A stretch of DNA of 64,000 nucleotides from Callorhinchus milii (lineage: Eukaryota): contig NW_024704742.1 of the NCBI RefSeq assembly GCF_018977255.1, forward strand, positions 123,630,001 through 123,694,000, read 5' to 3'. The number at the start of each line of letters is the position of its first letter. The stretch's first letter is position 1. The notes under the pieces are model-generated. The model was not told where the DNA came from. It was given only the letters and a program-made list of their open reading frames with translations, and made no database searches. A program made the position numbers and the translations under genes. Shown one piece after another: positions 62,001-64,000 of the stretch.

Positions 62001-63795
62001 GTAAAGCACAAGGCACAGTTCACTTAAAAATGATCGAGTCATGAGCACACCATGCTCCATTTTCTGCATATAAAGATAAATTACAACTCAGGGATTGACA
62101 TCCTTCAATCTTTGAATTGCGTTTTTTTCCCACAAGTAAGGATCCAAAACTACCAGGAATGTTTCAGGACAATTAATCACACAATTTCTATCACATCCCC
62201 ATCCCCGCTGACAAGGTTTCCAACCTTCATGAACCAAATGATCAAATGGCCCAATTAGTATATTTTACCGAATAAAAATATCCATTTACTGATGTGCCAT
62301 ATACTTATCCATTTACTTACTTCTTCCTAAAAAAAAATCTGATCTCCTTCACTCAACAAATGGTGGCCTGCTTCATTTCCCCCACCCAATCACTCCACCA
62401 TTGGTGGGGAAGCTTTCAGCCATTCTCCCCCCACACTCTGGACTCTATCCTGCAGTCACTCTGACTTGCTTAGGTACTTGCTCTAATCAATTTTTTTTAG
62501 CACTTAGTCTAAACATTGTCATCAAATTGAACTGCAGCCTAATAAACTGTATGAGACAGTCATCAGGCAAGACTTAGCTGCAGTGACGAGCGGTAGTCTG
62601 CCCTGATGGCTAACAAAGATAGCAGCTCCTAAGGTGGACATTTTGCGTGATTATTTTTTCCATCAGAGGGGAACACTGGCTATTATTATTATTACTGAAC
62701 AGATAGAAAACATTCTGTCATCCTATAAATCCAGAGCTCTCTAAAATTAGTTCCTTATATCACTCCGACTTGGATATTGCATACAATTATAGAATGTTCA
62801 CAGTACAGAAAGTGACTTGAGGGGTCTGTGCTAGTGATAGATTTGTTCCCCTATTGTAGCTATCTACTTTAATGCCTTCCTGTTTTTACCCCATCCCCTT
62901 TTGAATCCTGTTATACACAATGCCCACTTATGGTATATTCTAAAAACCCAACCTCCACTTTTTCCCTTCCCATGTTAAATCCTCAATTCAGGCTGTAATC
63001 AAATTGAACATCCTAATTCTTCACTACTTAGTATTCTAAGCCATAGACTGCTAAAACCACGGAGGAAAATGCACGCATGGTTCAGGAGGTTATAATAATA
63101 ATACTTGCAGTTAATGTAGTGGCTTATCACATCAAAGAGCTTCACACAATGAATTGCTTTGAAGTGTAGTAGTAGCTATTAGTAAGCAAAACTCACAATT
63201 GCTGTGCACCAGCAAAGCCACAAAACAAGACAATTTTGTGAATTTAGATGAGGGAAAACCAGGACCATGACACCTGGCGATCTCTCTACTCTTCAAAACA
63301 GAGCCGTAGCACCTAAACCGGGGAGACAAGATTTCAAACAATACAGTACTGATTCAAATGATTGTTTCCTTACTGATTCCATCGAACAGGCAACACAAAT
63401 TTGATTATCATAATATGAAATAGAACTGAAATATTCATAAGGGTATGTAGATAGGACAGGGGAACAGAAATACTGAACATCAACAGAGCAGAAGTGTCAA
63501 ATGTATTGAAAAGGTTAATTGGAACACAGAAACAAGATATAAGTGAGGCAGGAGGAAGTTGCTCGAATCTAAAGACAAACAAAAGCAGGATTATTAAAGA
63601 TGAAGAAATCTGAGAAGCCAAGAGGAACATTAAAGCACATTTCATTTTCCAAAGCACTGGTACCTGTATTGAAATCGAGCTTGGACATCTGTAGAGCGTA
63701 AGCTTCACAATCTTTCTTGCTGAAGCTGAAAATGATAACAGGCTGAAAGTTCCTTTCCATTATCATCTTCACAATCTTGAATACATTCGATGGTC
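4901..63795 (-). CDS. MTREX: MTREX/SKIV2L2/MTR4 exosome RNA helicase, partial multi-exon gene (15 exons, probably equivalent to human exons 11-25)
   Basis: The spliced exons translate to 621 contiguous codons matching the known MTR4 sequence: [49 protein letters not shown], the arch/KOW region ([10 protein letters not shown]...FGWGVV), [18 protein letters not shown] and the ratchet domain. All introns are GT-AG with matching phases. Exon numbering is inferred. Confidence 0.98.
5930..6320 (+). mobile_element. Old full-length DeuSINE-type element (SacSINE1/AmnSINE-like)
   Basis: Degenerate tRNA-like head (GGTAGCACTCTTGTCTCTGA...GGGTTCAAG), Deu-like core (GCTGTTTGTGGGATATTGCTGTGTACAAATTGGCTGC) and L2-type tail. 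Confidence 0.7.
6905..6961 (-). CDS. MTREX: MTREX exon (57 nt): [19 protein letters not shown]
   Basis: Manual translation; cag acceptor, GTAAGG donor. Confidence 0.95.
7300..8112 (+). mobile_element. L2 LINE 3' portion (decayed ORF2 C-terminus and tail)
   Basis: NLGVLFDP / [12 protein letters not shown] / LHWLP-type remnants; tail GCGCCTTGGGATGTCCTCCCAACATGAAAGGCGC. Confidence 0.88.
8790..9045 (+). mobile_element. Degenerate DeuSINE fragment containing a 26-bp tandem duplication (8941-8992)
   Basis: Deu-like segment CCCAGTGTCTTGGCCAAC...; unit AATACTATGAGATATGATAATCTGAT twice; SINE-type tail. Confidence 0.55.
10780..11180 (-). mobile_element. Ancient CR1-like RT fragment
   Basis: Degenerate similarity to the CR1 RT region at 60750-61160. 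Confidence 0.4.
11335..11465 (-). mobile_element. SINE 3' fragment (Deu/L2 tail)
   Basis: Reverse complement of the SINE tail (CCTGCATTTGATATAACGCC...GGCAGCCAATTGTGCACAG). Confidence 0.7.
11883..12348 (+). mobile_element. Two juxtaposed L2 fragments (RT piece plus tail, then a second 3' end)
   Basis: PLLKK...LDP...[12 protein letters not shown] remnant; two L2 tails at about 12090-12118 and 12280-12348. Confidence 0.8.
12615..12895 (+). mobile_element. Young tRNA-derived SINE, 5' degenerate
   Basis: Near-identical body and tail to the copies at 33314 and 43682. Confidence 0.9.
14225..14625 (+). mobile_element. CR1-type LINE 3' fragment
   Basis: FSLEKR.LRGD / [15 protein letters not shown]...FKRKLD remnants. 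Confidence 0.75.
15195..15300 (-). CDS. MTREX: MTREX exon (106 nt): (S)[35 protein letters not shown]
   Basis: Ratchet (DSHCT) domain; AG/GT boundaries. Confidence 0.97.
15570..16080 (+). repeat. Unclassified dispersed repeat copy
   Basis: TTTTGGTCAGCCGGTTGTCTGACACATGCAGAAACCC...TGGAATGGAATGTGCACTCGCTCCCTGGAGGGA is shared with the other copies. Confidence 0.65.
16300..16463 (-). CDS. MTREX: MTREX exon (164 nt): [54 protein letters not shown]
   Basis: Manual translation; tag acceptor, GTGAGG donor. Confidence 0.96.
16501..16814 (+). mobile_element. tRNA-Ala(TGC)-derived SINE, full length (subfamily B)
   Basis: A box TAGCTCAGTGG, anticodon arm CTCGC-CTTGCAA-GCGAG, B box GGTTCGATTCC, Deu-like core, tail with (TTA)n. 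Confidence 0.92.
16858..16995 (+). mobile_element. Old DeuSINE central fragment with tail
   Basis: GGATGAGATGTTAAAC...CAGGTGGATGTTAAAGATTCC Deu-domain-like sequence. Confidence 0.6.
17397..17585 (-). CDS. MTREX: MTREX exon (189 nt): [63 protein letters not shown]
   Basis: Manual translation; tag acceptor, GTAAGA donor. Confidence 0.96.
17748..17858 (-). CDS. MTREX: MTREX exon (111 nt): [37 protein letters not shown]
   Basis: Translation; AG/GT boundaries. Confidence 0.96.
19738..19866 (-). CDS. MTREX: MTREX exon (129 nt): [43 protein letters not shown]
   Basis: Matches the known PNSGELDPLYVVEVLLRCSKESLK...KGEMQ segment; AG/GT boundaries. Confidence 0.94.
20207..20275 (-). CDS. MTREX: MTREX exon (69 nt): [23 protein letters not shown]
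   Basis: KOW domain FGWGVV; AG/GT boundaries. Confidence 0.95.
21127..21300 (-). mobile_element. SINE 3' half (subfamily B)
   Basis: Reverse complement of the SINE tail and core. Confidence 0.8.
21397..21569 (-). CDS. MTREX: MTREX exon (173 nt): (R)[57 protein letters not shown]
   Basis: Arch stalk and start of KOW; AG/GT boundaries. Confidence 0.96.
21998..22102 (+). mobile_element. Penelope-like element terminal fragment with degenerate minimal hammerhead ribozyme and 14-bp TSD
   Basis: CTGACAAAGGGTCGTGGACCCAAAACATTGACTC...AGATGCTGCCTGACCTCCTGAG...TTCTGTTTTTG, flanked by ACAACTAATGAAGT at 21984-21997 and 22103-22116. Confidence 0.75.
23853..24007 (-). mobile_element. CR1-type LINE 3' end
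   Basis: AGAATCATACAGCATAGAAGGAGGCC...CTCTTTGAAAGAGCTA shared with the other CR1 ends. Confidence 0.82.
26260..26910 (+). mobile_element. Decayed L2 3' portion
   Basis: [34 protein letters not shown] remnants. Confidence 0.8.
28753..29020 (+). mobile_element. Young SINE, 5'-truncated (subfamily A)
   Basis: Begins at the B box; near-identical to 12615-12895. Confidence 0.9.
31620..32130 (-). mobile_element. Second, 5'-truncated L2 3' fragment nested in the large L2
   Basis: Has its own tail at 31620-31655; [16 protein letters not shown]...[12 protein letters not shown]. Confidence 0.85.
32133..32437 (+). mobile_element. tRNA-derived SINE (subfamily B) nested in L2
   Basis: Full head, core and GAGACGTCTAGAAGACGTGAAAAGCGC tail. 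Confidence 0.92.
33314..33631 (+). mobile_element. tRNA-derived SINE (subfamily A) nested in the L2 endonuclease domain
   Basis: Full-length copy; L2 sequence resumes on both sides. Confidence 0.93.
34540..34942. mobile_element. Probable Tc1/mariner-pogo (Tigger-like) non-autonomous DNA transposon end
   Basis: Ends with GTGTTATAATGAAGTGCTTTATAACAAGGTTCCACTG|TA, i.e. TIR CAGTGGAACC... plus a TA target. The left boundary is uncertain. Confidence 0.5.
35991..36141 (-). CDS. MTREX: MTREX exon (151 nt): [50 protein letters not shown]
   Basis: Manual translation (absent from the ORF track); cag acceptor, GTGAGT donor. Confidence 0.96.
36545..36868 (+). mobile_element. tRNA-derived SINE, full length (subfamily A)
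   Basis: Head, core and tail as in the other copies. Confidence 0.93.
41180..41545. promoter_or_regulatory. Intronic CpG-enriched promoter/enhancer-like module
   Basis: Many intact CpGs in a CpG-depleted background; CCAAT/ATTGG boxes, GGGCGG, CTGTCAAT twice and TGATTGATAG. Confidence 0.5.
42757..43067 (+). mobile_element. tRNA-derived SINE, full length (subfamily A)
   Basis: Head, core and tail as in the other copies. Confidence 0.93.
43682..44017 (+). mobile_element. tRNA-derived SINE, full length and very young (long (ATT)n tail)
   Basis: CpGs intact; tail of about 10 ATT units. Confidence 0.94.
45210..46140 (-). mobile_element. L2 3' portion (decayed)
   Basis: [52 protein letters not shown]. 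Confidence 0.87.
46228..46680 (-). mobile_element. Young 5'-truncated L2 3' end
   Basis: Open [24 protein letters not shown]...[14 protein letters not shown]; (GTT)n tail; CpG-rich. Confidence 0.9.
46790..47420 (+). repeat. Unclassified dispersed repeat copy (right end uncertain)
   Basis: GGTCAGCCAGGTGTCTGAGACACATAGAAACCC...TGGAATGGAGAGGACACTCTCCTTGGAGG. Confidence 0.55.
47583..47708 (-). CDS. MTREX: MTREX exon (126 nt): [42 protein letters not shown]
   Basis: Motif [16 protein letters not shown] boundaries. Confidence 0.97.
49195..49722 (-). mobile_element. Older SINE (subfamily B, internally deleted) interrupted by a young full-length SINE at 49229-49541
   Basis: The outer tail at 49195-49228 continues at about 49545; two tRNA heads end at 49541 and 49722. 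Confidence 0.88.
52545..52646 (-). CDS. MTREX: MTREX exon (102 nt): [34 protein letters not shown]
   Basis: Motif V; AG/GT boundaries. Confidence 0.96.
53225..53335 (-). CDS. MTREX: MTREX exon (111 nt): [37 protein letters not shown]
   Basis: Manual translation; AG/GT boundaries. Confidence 0.96.
53630..53955 (+). mobile_element. L2 3' end fragments
   Basis: [15 protein letters not shown]2 tails. Confidence 0.75.
54247..54326 (-). CDS. MTREX: MTREX exon (80 nt): [27 protein letters not shown]
   Basis: cag acceptor, GTGAGT donor, phase 1 to phase 0. Confidence 0.96.
54440..54675 (-). mobile_element. Old DeuSINE fragment
   Basis: Reverse complement of GGAGGTGCCATCCTTCGGATGAGATGTTAAACC. Confidence 0.65.
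55185..56045 (+). mobile_element. Tandem decayed L2 3' fragments
   Basis: [31 protein letters not shown]; two tails at about 55790-55850 and 55990-56045. Confidence 0.78.
56785..57030 (+). mobile_element. CR1-type LINE 3' end (CpG-rich, young)
   Basis: [20 protein letters not shown]; ends with GATTCTATGAT. Confidence 0.85.
57379..57700 (-). mobile_element. CR1-type LINE 3' end, inserted in an unclassified repeat copy that begins at about 57062
   Basis: Closely matches 59978-60300. Confidence 0.87.
59010..59410 (+). mobile_element. L2 3' end followed by a SINE 3' half
   Basis: GGGCCTTGGGACGTCCTCCCGACGTGAAAGG tail; SINE core at 59215-59410. Confidence 0.8.
59505..59735 (-). mobile_element. 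L2 3' end
   Basis: [21 protein letters not shown]; tail. Confidence 0.83.
59978..61685 (-). mobile_element. CR1-type LINE, 5'-truncated (RT domain and 3' end, frameshifted)
   Basis: [98 protein letters not shown] tail. Confidence 0.93.
63664..63795 (-). CDS. MTREX: MTREX exon (132 nt): (G)[43 protein letters not shown]
   Basis: AG acceptor at 63797-63796, GT donor at 63663-63662; helicase motif IV. Confidence 0.96.
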
Positions 63796-63849
63796 CTATG
63801 AACATAATATTTAAAAAGTTGTAACATTTGTGCAAATCGTTAATATAAT

Positions 63850-64000
63850 CAGCAACATATCTGCCCCATCATCGTCGGGTAAGCTGTCAGCCATTCTGCC
63901 CCCATCTCTGGAACTCAAGAGACCCTCAGACTCAGCCCCTCTTTTCCCACTTTCAAAACCCACCTTAAGACTTACTTCCTTGACTACACTTTTGGTCACC
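63850..64000 (+). mobile_element. L2 3' fragment (runs off the window)
   Basis: SHSAPHLWNS...FKTHLKTYFLDYTFG-type sequence. Confidence 0.7.

Noticed and set aside
1..64000. Intronic snoRNAs, CRISPR arrays, operons or other prokaryote-type systems
   Set aside because: I found no convincing C/D or H/ACA box pairs with terminal stems on the host strand by eye, and no repeat-spacer arrays. The DNA is clearly eukaryotic and intronic. An Rfam scan would be needed to exclude small RNAs.

Overview
Intron-rich vertebrate genomic DNA. The repeat content (DeuSINE-type SINEs, L2, CR1, a Penelope-type remnant) points to a cartilaginous fish, possibly a chimaera; this is inference. The window holds the middle and 3' part of MTREX (SKIV2L2/MTR4, the nuclear exosome RNA helicase) on the minus strand. 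I traced 15 consecutive GT-AG exons between 63795 and 4901. They total 1863 nt (621 codons), keep the frame open and have compatible phases, running from [10 protein letters not shown] to CKMTEVFE(G). The 5' exons and the last two coding exons appear to lie outside the window. Introns carry a young tRNA-Ala-headed SINE with an L2-type tail, older DeuSINEs, many L2 and CR1 fragments, a near-full-length decayed L2 with nested insertions (about 29975-34530), a Tigger-like transposon end and an unclassified dispersed repeat. The most notable non-routine signals are: (1) an intronic CpG-rich, promoter-like module at about 41.1-41.55 kb with repeated TALE/CCAAT motifs, a 70-nt G-U-rich hairpin and consensus splice donors facing outward on both strands; (2) a 105-bp Penelope-type insertion with a 14-bp TSD that carries a CpG-decayed minimal hammerhead ribozyme; (3) a head-to-head L2+SINE insertion at one site; (4) inverted young SINEs flanking the motif VI exon. 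No prokaryote-type systems are present. Apart from the MTREX exons and TE remnants, the ORF track looks like noise. Repeat boundaries are approximate.
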